DNA from: Candidatus Saccharimonadota bacterium
GTDB taxonomy: Bacteria; Bacteroidota; Bacteroidia; Cytophagales; Amoebophilaceae
Direction: 5' to 3'
Assembly: GCF_936981045.1 (NCBI RefSeq)
Contig: NZ_OW441264.1
Coordinates: 870,001-902,000, forward strand
Length of the DNA: 32,000 nt
Shown here: positions 18,513-27,567 of the stretch, in pieces
Position numbering within the stretch: the first letter of the stretch is position 1
Layout of the letters: each line of letters opens with the position of its first letter
Notes under the pieces: generated by a model
The model's input: the letters and a program-made list of their open reading frames with translations, nothing else
Told to the model about the DNA's origin: nothing
The model's database searches: none
Program-made: the position numbers and the translations under genes

Positions 18513-18753
18513 ACGTGAGTTCGGGATTAGATTATTTTTTCATTTGATAATCACTATCAATGAAAATTTATAAAATTTGTTTTATTAGACAATTAAATAG
18601 GTAGTTGAATAACAAATAATTCTGGTAATCAGTTTATTATATATGTTATATTTATAAAATTAGATATAAAAACTTGTTAAATAAGTGCAAATATTAACTA
18701 AGTAATTGATATTAAATTGTTGTAAATCAGTCAAATAAATCCCGAACTCACGT
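18513..18753 (-). mobile_element. 240-bp MITE, copy 6 (reverse orientation), without TSD
   Basis: Termini are perfect, but the flanks differ (AATAA against GATTA). The flanking IS110 coding segments are not contiguous. Confidence 0.85.
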
Positions 18754-18955
18754 GATTAGACAAGTGTTTGCTATTCTTAGGGACCATACTTGCTATATTG
18801 ATGGGTACCTTTCTAAGCTGAAAGTAACTTCTTAGCAGTTAAGAGAAGACTTTTAGGAGCATCTTAAAGCGCTCTTGTTTGAGATTAATGAACCAAATAA
18901 TTATAAAAATTTCTACGATCAGATTTGTTTTTTAACATAGTTCGTATATAGTTAC

Positions 18956-19498
18956 TTGTTGGATAAATATTGGGTCAACGCTGGTACAACAAAGCAGGTG
19001 CATGTACCTAAACCGAATCAAGTTTGGAGTGGGGATATTACTTATATTCGCACCAGTATTGGGTTTATCTACCTCTCAGCTATTATAGATTGGCACAGTA
19101 AAGCCATATTGAGTTATAAGGTATCCAATACTATGGATACAACGCTTGTAATAGATACCTTGCAAGAGGCACTGAGTAAATATCCTCCACCAGAATGCTT
19201 TAATAGTGATCAAGGCAGTCAATATACTAGTCATAAGCATACAGACTTATTAAAAAGGCATAATATTCAAATTTCTATGAATGGCAGAGGTAGAAGCATT
19301 GATAATATTGTAATGGAAAGATTTTTTACAACCCTAAAATATAATTCCATATTTATCAATGATTTTAAAAATATTAAAGTGTTAAAAGAGGGAATTAACA
19401 GGTACATTACTAAATACAATTACCAAAGGTTTCATTCTAGTATTAACTATCAAAAACCTATGAACGTCCATCTTAACCATGTAAAATTGGTAGACTAG
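18956..19498 (+). pseudogene. IS3-family transposase OrfB (integrase core) fragment, with orfA and the N-terminus missing
   Basis: VWSGDITYIRT..YLSAIIDWHSKAILSY, NSDQGSQYTS, MNGRGRSIDNIVMERFF and YNYQRFHSSINYQKP are DDE/rve-type motifs. Confidence 0.75.
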
Positions 19499-19560
19499 CA
19501 AATGGGAAAAAATAGAAAATAAAATTAAGAAAAAAATGTCCGAATAAATCAGTCCAGTAT

Positions 19561-19749
19561 AGTCTTTCTAAAACCCATACACAACACGTTTTGGAAGCAA
19601 TAGCCTATAACTTATACAGGTCGCCAAATAGCATATTAAAAGGTGTTTAGGCGAATGGTCTATCAAAAATGAACTGAAATAAACCTGAAAACCAATAAAT
19701 AATAAGAATATTTAGACCCATAACACTAAAAATCAAAAAAATAATACTA
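19561..19749 (+). mobile_element. 3' end fragment of the IS5-family element (same family as 4834..7206)
   Basis: It is the near-identical reverse complement of about 4866-5064 and includes the last transposase codons ..LSKTHTQHVLEAIAYNLYRSPNSILKGV*. It is cut off by IS982 copy 2. Confidence 0.8.
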
Positions 19750-20751
19750 ACCCCAGTTCGGGATTAGACGTATTGTGAACCAGTCATATATATATTAGTT
19801 ATAGAAGGTTTTTTCTCTTTTAGTGCATAAGCTGTAATTCCAGCTATCAAATTGACTAGAAAATTAGGTATGCTTCTATGCCTGGAATGTTCTATCTGGC
19901 TAATATTTTTGAGCTGATCTATAATAGTTTCAATTATAGATCGTTTTCTAAGCATCAGTTTATCCCAGAGTGGCATAAAAGCATTTTTCATATTTTTTCT
20001 GATCTGGATAATGAGTTCCACGCCTTTCTCGATCAGTTTTTCAAATAAATCTTTGCTTATGTAACCTTTATCGGCAAACATTTTACCCATCAAGTGTTTA
20101 CACAAATTTTCTACAGGAAGCCTATCATTAGTTTTACCTGTGGTCAGTTGAAAATTCATAATTTCTCCTAAATCATTGACTATCAAGTGCAACTTTAATC
20201 CAAAAAACCAACCGGTGCTGGTTTTACCTTTAGTAGCAATCGATTTAAAAACCCTGTGCGTATAGGCTCTTTTGATATGGCAAACCTTGATGGCTGTTGC
20301 ATCCATAAAATAACAACCTGTTTTTGTTTTAGAAAAACTTTGTGTAAAACAGTACAAGGGAACTAACGTTCTTTGGATCAGTTCTATAAATCTATTCTAG
20401 CTTACTAATTTTCCAAATTTACTAGAATAAAATTGCTGTAAATGAATATAATAAGACTTAAAATTTCTAAAACCAATCACATGAAAGGCAATAAGAACAG
20501 TCATTATTTCACTCAAAGTTAATGAACAAGTTCTAGTGGGTTTTCTTTTAGAGTTGGTTAACAGTTGTTTTTCCATATACGGCATAAACTTTATGAGAAA
20601 TTCATCAACAGCATAATATATTTCAACTAATTTTTCTACATTCATAACTAGCTCCTTTGGGTAATCTGGTTAGTATTTTTTTATCTCCAAATTTAAAACA
20701 CAAAGGAGCTTTTTAAAGCTATTTTTTAACAAGCTAATCCCGAACTTAGGT
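19750..20751 (-). mobile_element. IS982-like insertion sequence, copy 2 (1002 bp, uninterrupted)
   Basis: Ends are ACCCCAGTTCGGGATTAGACG (19750) and GCTAATCCCGAACTTAGGT (20751). The flanks are TACTA and TATAA, so there is no TSD. Confidence 0.88.
19764..20645 (-). pseudogene. IS982-family transposase with the same in-frame TAG as copy 1
   Basis: Track ORFs 20397..20645 and 19764..20357 share one frame. TAG at 20397-20399 is at the identical codon position (..GKLVS*NRFIEL..). Confidence 0.8.
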
Positions 20752-20863
20752 TATAAAGCAGGTGCTAAGGCCAGATTCAGGCATTCAGATTAGATTATTT
20801 ATTTAGTTTTCAATTAAATGAATTTGATGCAATTGGGGTAAACCGCATTAGAAATTATGGGTA

Positions 20864-21103
20864 ACGTGAGTTCGGGATTTATTTGACTGATTTACAACAA
20901 TTTAATATCAATTATTTAGTTAATATTTGCACCTATTTAACAAGTTTTTATACCTAATTTTATAAATATAATATATATAATAAACTGATTACCAGAATTA
21001 TTTGTTATTAAACTACCTATTTAATTGTCTATAAAATAAATTTTATAAATTTTCATTGATATTGATTATCAAATGAAAAAATAATCTAATCCCGAACTCA
21101 GGT
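20864..21103 (+). mobile_element. 240-bp MITE, copy 7
   Basis: TSD is GGGTA (20859-20863 and 21104-21108). The B-end carries one substitution (CTCAGGT). It lies 117 bp upstream of the nrdB start. Confidence 0.88.
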
Positions 21104-21220
21104 GGGTAGTGTTGAACCTTTGGTTGCATTTAGCTAAGTTTGTTGTACACATCAGTTTATGGCCTTAATTATAGCCTTAAATTATATGCCACTTACCAAC
21201 TCGTAAAACGAAAAAATCAA

Positions 21221-22216
21221 ATGAGCAACCATACTTATGCAGATGAACCTCTTTTGCAAGAGAATAAAAATAGATTTGTTTTATTTCCTATTGAGCATCA
21301 CGATATCTGGAGCTTTTATAAGCAAGCAGAGGCCAGTTTTTGGACCGCGGAAGAGATCGATCTTAGTCAAGATATAAAAGACTGGGAAAACTTAACATCT
21401 GGTGAAAAGCATTTTATTACCCATGTGCTTGCTTTTTTTGCTGCCAGCGATGGTATTGTAAATGAAAATTTGGTTCAAAATTTTTCCAATGAAGTACAGT
21501 ATACAGAGGCCAAGTTTTTTTACGGATTCCAGATTGCTATTGAAAACATCCATTCTGAAGCCTACTCTTTACTGATCGATACCTATGTCAAAGATCCTAA
21601 AGAACGCCATAGGTTATTCAACGCCATTGAAACCATTGAGTGGGTAGGCAAAAAAGCAGATTGGGCGCTGCGTTGGATTAACAAAGGTTCGTTTACAGAG
21701 CGATTAATTTCCTTTGCAGCGGTAGAAGGGATCTTCTTTTCTGGTAGTTTCTGTGCTATTTTTTGGCTTAAAAAAAGAGGATTAATGCCAGGACTAACCT
21801 TTTCTAATGAACTCATTTCCAGAGATGAAGGGCTACACTGTGATTTTGCTTGTTTGCTGTATAACCAACATATCAAACATAAACTCCCAGAGGAACGGGT
21901 TGCCCAAATTATAGCTGATGCAGTAGCAATTGAAAGTGAATTTGTATCCGATGCATTGCCGGTTAAACTGATTGGTATGAATGCAACGTTGATGACCCAA
22001 TATATTCAGTTTGTTGCCGATAGACTACTATTAGAATTAGGATGCAAAAAAATCTATCATGTAACCAACCCATTTGATTTTATGGAAATGATTGCCTTGC
22101 AGGGTAAAACCAATTTCTTTGAAAAAAGGGTAGGCGAATACCAAAAATCAGGGGTCATGAGCAGCATCTCTGAAGACAAAGAAAAAGCGCGATTTAAACT
22201 AGATGAGGAGTTTTAG
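21221..22216 (+). CDS. nrdB: Ribonucleotide reductase class Ia beta subunit (R2)
   Basis: Di-iron and radical motifs are present: [19 protein letters not shown] (E, H, Tyr), EGIFFSGSF and SRDEGLH. The C-terminus is ..FKLDEEF. Start set at MSNHTY inside track ORF 21140..22216. Confidence 0.9.
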   Translation: MSNHTYADEPLLQENKNRFVLFPIEHHDIWSFYKQAEASFWTAEEIDLSQDIKDWENLTSGEKHFITHVLAFFAASDGIVNENLVQNFSNEVQYTEAKFFYGFQIAIENIHSEAYSLLIDTYVKDPKERHRLFNAIETIEWVGKKADWALRWINKGSFTERLISFAAVEGIFFSGSFCAIFWLKKRGLMPGLTFSNELISRDEGLHCDFACLLYNQHIKHKLPEERVAQIIADAVAIESEFVSDALPVKLIGMNATLMTQYIQFVADRLLLELGCKKIYHVTNPFDFMEMIALQGKTNFFEKRVGEYQKSGVMSSISEDKEKARFKLDEEF

Positions 22217-22414
22217 GGGCATATTTTTCGTAATAGGACCAACCAGTAACATGAATGCGCAATGCATCACTTTATGCGCAACTTGCGTTTAGTGTTAGAA
22301 TATTCTTACGCCTGATAATCAAGTATATAAATATATTAACCTTCCAACCTGAGTGACACTTTTGATGGTACTAATATGAAGTAATAATCAGTTAAAAAGC
22401 TTTATACAATCTAT

Positions 22415-22969
22415 ATGTTCATTATAATGAATGGCATTAAAAACTTGTCAAAGGTTCCTAAATCAGTCGCGTTAAATAGAGATTTAATGATGAAGCAGTT
22501 AAATAAATCTCATACAGAAGTGTTATTCGCCTTAACAGATCAAAATAGATCATACTTGAACAGATGGTTACCTTGGGTAGATTCATGCATTAGTCAAAGT
22601 GATACTTTAAATTTTATCACTAGTGCCAATCATGGCCTTCTCAAAAATAGTGGACTTACATTTGGCATATTTTACAAGGGAAAAATTTCTGGAATGATAA
22701 GTTTTAATACGATTGATCTATCGGATGGTAAAGGTGAAATTGGTTATTTGATAGGGGAAGCATTTCAAGGCTTAGGCCTAGTGACACGCGCTTGTTCCAA
22801 ACTTATTGATATTGGTTTCAACCAATTAGATTTAAAAGGACATTTTATTAGATGTGCGATAAAAAATACTAAGAGTCAAAGCATACCTATTCGTTTAGGA
22901 TTTAAAAAAACTGAGCATGTACCAAAAAAAGAAAAGTCTTATCAGGTAATGGCATCAACTTTTGGCTGA
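22415..22969 (+). CDS. GNAT-family N-acetyltransferase (RimJ/RimL-like)
   Basis: YLNRWLPWV, IGYLIGEAFQGLGLVTRA and NTKSQSIPIRLGFK are typical of the RimJ/RimL-type fold. The start is uncertain (22415 or 22427). Confidence 0.7.
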   Translation: MFIIMNGIKNLSKVPKSVALNRDLMMKQLNKSHTEVLFALTDQNRSYLNRWLPWVDSCISQSDTLNFITSANHGLLKNSGLTFGIFYKGKISGMISFNTIDLSDGKGEIGYLIGEAFQGLGLVTRACSKLIDIGFNQLDLKGHFIRCAIKNTKSQSIPIRLGFKKTEHVPKKEKSYQVMASTFG

Positions 22970-23139
22970 ACAGATAGCTGATTGCAACCCTATGTCGTTA
23001 ACACATGGGGGTTGGATTAGGTATGATCAAACCATTAGCTAGTACCACTGTTAGGTACAATATAGGCAGTTCAGTAGTAACAAACTTAACACAGCACCGC
23101 TTATCATTCGATTAATAATCAAAAATTTATAAAAAGTAG

Positions 23140-25470
23140 ATGTTAGTTGTAAAACGAGATGGACGTTTAGAATCCGTTAAATTCGATAAAATAACTGCTA
23201 GAATAGAGAAACTCTGTTATGGGTTAAATAGGGATTACATCGATGTTATTGTTATTGTTAAAAAGATTATTGAAGGGATTTATGATCGGGTAACTACCTC
23301 AGCTATAGATAACTTGGCGGCAGAAACAGTGGCAACGATGGCTGTGTACCATCCAGATTATGCCATCCTAGCTGCTCGCATAGCGATTTCCAATCTGCAT
23401 AAAGAAACAAGTAAATCTTTTTCTAGTACTATAAAAAGGCTCTATACCTATGTAAATCCTTCAACTGGTCAGAACGCTGCCCTTATAGCCCAGGACATTT
23501 ATAAAATTATTGCCAGCCATGCCGCAATTTTAGACAATTCCATTGTACATGAACGTGATTTTACCTACGATTTTTTTGGCTTTAAAACATTAGAACGTTC
23601 TTATCTGCTTAAAATAAATGGAAAGGTTGTGGAACGTCCTCAGTACATGTTGATGCGTGTAGCAGTAGGCATTCATGGTGATGATCTGGACGCTGTACTT
23701 GAAACCTACCAGCTCATGTCTGAAAAGTGGTTTATCCATGCCACCCCTACGCTTTTTAATGCAGGCACACCTAACTCACAGCTTTCTTCCTGTTTTTTAT
23801 TAACGATGCAAAACGATAGCATTGAAGGCATTTACAATACCCTTACACAATGTGCAAAAATATCACAACATGCTGGAGGCATTGGATTAAGCATTCACAA
23901 TATACGTGCCACAGGTTCTTATATTCGAGGGACCAATGGTATCTCTAATGGGATTGTGCCTATGTTGCGGAACTTTGATATGACGGCCCGCTACGTAGAT
24001 CAAGGAGGGGGTAAACGCAAAGGTAGTTTTGCCATCTATCTAGAACCTTGGCATGCGGATATCTTTGATTTTTTAGAGTTGAAGAAAAATCATGGAAAAG
24101 AAGAAAGAAGAGCCAGGGATCTTTTCTATGGATTGTGGATCCCAGATTTATTTATGCAACGTGTAGAGGAAGATGAGATGTGGTCACTCTTTTGTCCCAA
24201 CGAAGCACCAGGCCTCTCGGACTGCTATGGAGCAGCATTTGAACAAAAATACAAACAGTATGAACAAGAAGGCAAGGCACGTACCTCTATTAGAGCACAA
24301 ACGCTTTGGTTTGCAATTCTGGAGTCTCAAATAGAAACAGGCACCCCTTATATGCTCTATAAAGATGCAGCCAACCAAAAGTCTAATCAAAAAAACTTGG
24401 GCACTATAAAGTCCAGTAACCTCTGTACAGAGATTATAGAATATGCTTCACCCGATGAAATTGCGGTTTGCAACCTTGCTTCTATTGCACTGCCGATGTT
24501 TGTAGATGGGGATCGATCTTTCGATCATACTAAATTATATTCGGTAACCTACTTGATCACTAAAAACCTTAACAAAGTGATCGATCGGAATTACTATCCT
24601 TTACCTGAAGCACGTACTTCTAACTTAAGGCACAGACCCATTGGTATTGGGGTACAGGGATTAGCAGATGCCTTTCTTAAAATGAAACTTGTTTTTGACA
24701 GTCCAGAAGCGCGATTACTCAACCAGGAAATTTTTGAGACCATTTACTTTACAGCATTAACGGCTTCTAAAGATTTGGCACGAGAAGAGGGGGTATATGA
24801 AAGCTACCCTGGATCCCCCATTTCTCAAGGTATTCTTCAATTTGATATGTGGAGCGTAACCCCTGCCTCCGGAAGATGGGATTGGGATCATTTACGTAAA
24901 GAAATAGGTCAATATGGTATAAGAAACGCACTATTGGTTGCGCCAATGCCCACAGCCTCTACTTCCCAAATACTGGGGAATAACGAATGCTTTGAACCCT
25001 ATACCGCCAATATTTATACCCGAAGGGTGCTTTCTGGAGAGTTTATTGTGGTAAACAAATACCTACTAGAGGATCTCATCGAGCTTGGCCTTTGGAATGA
25101 ACGGGTGAAAGAGGAGCTGATGATGGGCAATGGCTCCATTCAGCAGATTGAATGTATTCCGCAATACATTAAAAACCTGTATAGAACGGTTTGGGAGATT
25201 CCTCAAAAGTCTATTATCGATATGGCAGCAGACCGAGCTCCCTATATCTGTCAAAGCCAAAGCTTAAATCTTTATGTGAAGGATGCGACTATCGCTAAAT
25301 TAACTTCTATGCATTTTTATGCTTGGAAAAAAGAACTGAAAACAGGCATGTATTACTTACGTACCAAGCCTGCAGCAGATGCTATTAAGTTTACCATACA
25401 AAAGAGAGAAAAAGTTGAAACACATTTTCCGGGTGAAGGAGAAGAAGAATGCTTAATGTGCAGTAGCTAG
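23140..25470 (+). CDS. nrdA: Ribonucleotide reductase class Ia alpha subunit (R1)
   Basis: An N-terminal ATP-cone ([20 protein letters not shown]), active-site [23 protein letters not shown], and a C-terminal CLMC redox pair in a 776-aa ORF. Confidence 0.93.
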   Translation: MLVVKRDGRLESVKFDKITARIEKLCYGLNRDYIDVIVIVKKIIEGIYDRVTTSAIDNLAAETVATMAVYHPDYAILAARIAISNLHKETSKSFSSTIKRLYTYVNPSTGQNAALIAQDIYKIIASHAAILDNSIVHERDFTYDFFGFKTLERSYLLKINGKVVERPQYMLMRVAVGIHGDDLDAVLETYQLMSEKWFIHATPTLFNAGTPNSQLSSCFLLTMQNDSIEGIYNTLTQCAKISQHAGGIGLSIHNIRATGSYIRGTNGISNGIVPMLRNFDMTARYVDQGGGKRKGSFAIYLEPWHADIFDFLELKKNHGKEERRARDLFYGLWIPDLFMQRVEEDEMWSLFCPNEAPGLSDCYGAAFEQKYKQYEQEGKARTSIRAQTLWFAILESQIETGTPYMLYKDAANQKSNQKNLGTIKSSNLCTEIIEYASPDEIAVCNLASIALPMFVDGDRSFDHTKLYSVTYLITKNLNKVIDRNYYPLPEARTSNLRHRPIGIGVQGLADAFLKMKLVFDSPEARLLNQEIFETIYFTALTASKDLAREEGVYESYPGSPISQGILQFDMWSVTPASGRWDWDHLRKEIGQYGIRNALLVAPMPTASTSQILGNNECFEPYTANIYTRRVLSGEFIVVNKYLLEDLIELGLWNERVKEELMMGNGSIQQIECIPQYIKNLYRTVWEIPQKSIIDMAADRAPYICQSQSLNLYVKDATIAKLTSMHFYAWKKELKTGMYYLRTKPAADAIKFTIQKREKVETHFPGEGEEECLMCSS

Positions 25471-25644
25471 TTAACCTATAAAGGAATTTGCATCTTGCTT
25501 TTTTCTTGTTTTTGGCTAGTGGAGCCAGATGGATATGCTTTAACTTACCCGTTAAAAGTCTTTTAAGTACAAATTTTAAGCACCAGTAACCAATTTTCTT
25601 AATTGTATATTAATTTTTAGCTTTTTAAAAAATCATTTTCATTT

Positions 25645-26223
25645 ATGTTTAATATTATTCTAGTGGGACCTCCTGGGTCGGGAAAAGGCACACAATCTGA
25701 ACGAATGGTTCAAAAATATGGCTTTATACCGATTGCTTTGGGTGCTTTATTGCGCCAACAAATGGCAGAAAATGGGGCCAATAAAGCATTAATTGAAGGA
25801 TACATAAACAGTGGTCAATTGGTACCAGATCATCTATCCTTTGAGTTGGTAACGCAATTGGTGCAAGCACAACCTTCCAATACATCTTTTTTATTTGACG
25901 GTTTTCCTAGAACCCTTGCACAGGTAACCTTCTTAGAGAATTTTTTAAAACAATTCCATGCTAAAACAGATGGCGTGATTTTTTTAGATGTACCCAGTGA
26001 GATCTTACTAAAACGTCTTAAAAATCGTGCAATCATTGAAGAAAGGCCTGATGACCAGGATGATAACAAAATCAAAACACGTATGCACATATATGAACAA
26101 GAGACGCTACCTATTGTGAACTATTATAAAGCCCAAGGGGAATTACATAGTGTAGATGGCACACAAAATGTGGATGAGGTAATAAAAGCGATTGAAACCA
26201 TTATCGATGGACTAAGATCATAA
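25645..26223 (+). CDS. adk: Adenylate kinase (short-lid form)
   Basis: P-loop GPPGSGKGTQ, FLFDGFPRT, 192 aa. Confidence 0.9.
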   Translation: MFNIILVGPPGSGKGTQSERMVQKYGFIPIALGALLRQQMAENGANKALIEGYINSGQLVPDHLSFELVTQLVQAQPSNTSFLFDGFPRTLAQVTFLENFLKQFHAKTDGVIFLDVPSEILLKRLKNRAIIEERPDDQDDNKIKTRMHIYEQETLPIVNYYKAQGELHSVDGTQNVDEVIKAIETIIDGLRS

Positions 26224-27230
26224 TGACCATGTCACTACCCAACTTTATTGATCACGTTAAGCTTTACCTACGCGCTGGAAAAGGAGGAGCTGGACGCATC
26301 CATTTCGTACGTGCCAAGTTTGTTCCAAAAGGAGGACCAGATGGAGGAGATGGTGGCCAAGGGGGCCATATTATTTTACGTGGTGTCAAACAGTATGGAA
26401 CTTTACTCCATCTCAAATACCGAAAACATATCATTGCAACCAATGGGAAACCCGGTGGTGATAGCTGCAAAACAGGCGCCAGTGGAAAGGATGTGATTAT
26501 AGATGTGCCATTAGGCACAGTAGCCAAAAGAGCAGATCATGACGAGGTATTGGTAGAGGTATTGGAGGACAAAAAAAAATATATCTTAATGCAAGGAGGG
26601 AAAGGTGGTTGGGGCAATACCCACTTTAAAACCCCTACCCATCAAACACCTCGTATTGCTTATCCAGGAGAAGCTGGAATGGAGGGTTGGATGGTATTGG
26701 AATTAAAATTATTGGCTGATGTAGGCCTTGTAGGACTACCGAATGCAGGTAAATCTACGCTGCTTTCGGTTGTATCAGCGGCTAAGCCCCGCATTGACAG
26801 CTATCCGTTTACTACTTTAGTACCCAACCTTGGTGTAGTAGCCTATCGAGCGCACCATTCTTTTGTAATGGCAGATATTCCAGGGATTATAGAGGGCGCA
26901 GCAGCTGGAAAGGGTTTAGGTACACGTTTTCTACGCCATATTGAACGCAATGCAGTCTTACTATTTATGGTTAGCGTAGAATCTAATGATATCAATAGGC
27001 ATTATAAAATGTTGCTGCGCGAACTGGAAGTACATCATCCCTTATTGCTAGCCAAACCCAGGCTACTGGTTGTTTCAAAAATAGACTTGCTAGACCAAGC
27101 AACACGTAAAACTTTATTACAAAACTTACCTAAAGGCATAACATGCTGCCCTATTTCTGCTAGTACGGGAGAAGGTATTGTACGCCTTAAAGACTTCATC
27201 TGGGAAAAACTTGCTGCAATAAAATCATGA
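26223..27230 (+). CDS. obg: GTPase Obg/CgtA
   Basis: An Obg fold with glycine-rich repeats (GKGGAG, GGPDGGDGGQGG), G1 GLPNAGKST and G3 DIPG. Its ATG overlaps the adk TAA by 1 nt. Confidence 0.9.
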   Translation: MTMSLPNFIDHVKLYLRAGKGGAGRIHFVRAKFVPKGGPDGGDGGQGGHIILRGVKQYGTLLHLKYRKHIIATNGKPGGDSCKTGASGKDVIIDVPLGTVAKRADHDEVLVEVLEDKKKYILMQGGKGGWGNTHFKTPTHQTPRIAYPGEAGMEGWMVLELKLLADVGLVGLPNAGKSTLLSVVSAAKPRIDSYPFTTLVPNLGVVAYRAHHSFVMADIPGIIEGAAAGKGLGTRFLRHIERNAVLLFMVSVESNDINRHYKMLLRELEVHHPLLLAKPRLLVVSKIDLLDQATRKTLLQNLPKGITCCPISASTGEGIVRLKDFIWEKLAAIKS

Positions 27231-27382
27231 TTTAAGCTTTGGTAAGATATAGTTAATAAATGCCTTGCAATCAGCGCTATATTTAAGCTTTGGTAAGATA
27301 TAGTTAATAAATGCCTTGCAATCAGCGCTATATTTAAGCTTTGGTAAGATATAGTTAATAAATGCCTTGCAATCAGCGCTAT
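27230..27382. repeat. Three perfect tandem copies of a 51-bp unit
   Basis: The unit ATTTAAGCTTTGGTAAGATATAGTTAATAAATGCCTTGCAATCAGCGCTAT occurs at 27230-27280, 27281-27331 and 27332-27382. The first base of the array is the last base of the obg stop codon. Confidence 0.92.
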
Positions 27383-27392
27383 AGTAACATAC

Positions 27393-27567
27393 TGAGGCCA
27401 TTGCAATAGAAAATTTTACATGGTTTTACTATAATAATTCGGACATATTTGTAATGTTTTTAGACTAGAAATATTATTGTTTATGTATTTTTAATACTTA
27501 AAAGTAACTTTTAGGCGATAATTACCTCTATCTTATAAAAACTTAGTTTTCTATTGCAACGGCCTCA
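27393..27567. mobile_element. 175-bp MITE with IS5-family-type termini
   Basis: TGAGGCCATTGCAATAGAAAA ... TTTTCTATTGCAACGGCCTCA are inverted repeats matching the IS5-like end at 7191-7207. The interior is AT-rich and non-coding. No clear TSD is present. Confidence 0.75.

Larger units (their letters stand above)
17539..18835 (+). pseudogene. IS110-family transposase, 5'-truncated by IS6-B2, carrying two MITEs and an internal deletion
   Basis: ..VLEATGNYVALLL..VNPKQTKHFA..KTDKVDAQLIA.. and ..IKGIGDRTALQL..GLAPSYEHSGSS..HGNSQLRSLLYMA.. are typical IS110 motifs. The tail IRQVFAILRDHTCYIDG ends at TAG 18833-18835. Confidence 0.75.

Noticed and set aside
4335-20399. Genetic-code reassignment (TGA or TAG read as sense), suggested by stops at Trp and Tyr positions in transposase genes
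   Set aside because: Housekeeping genes in the window terminate at the expected lengths on TAG (nrdB, nrdA), TGA (obg) and TAA (adk, mgtE), so the standard bacterial code applies. The internal stops are better explained as pseudogenisation or element-specific effects.
22217-23139. NrdR boxes or other palindromic operators near the RNR genes (for example CGCAACTTGCG at about 22280-22290)
   Set aside because: I could not find paired 16-bp NrdR-type boxes with the expected spacing upstream of nrdB or nrdA. The single short palindromes are not distinguishable from chance by eye.
27035-27406. Minus-strand 123-aa ORF with a thrice-repeated IALIARHLLTISYQSLN
   Set aside because: It exists only because the 51-bp unit is a multiple of 3 and lacks stops in that frame. 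It runs antisense into the well-supported obg gene and has no plausible start context.
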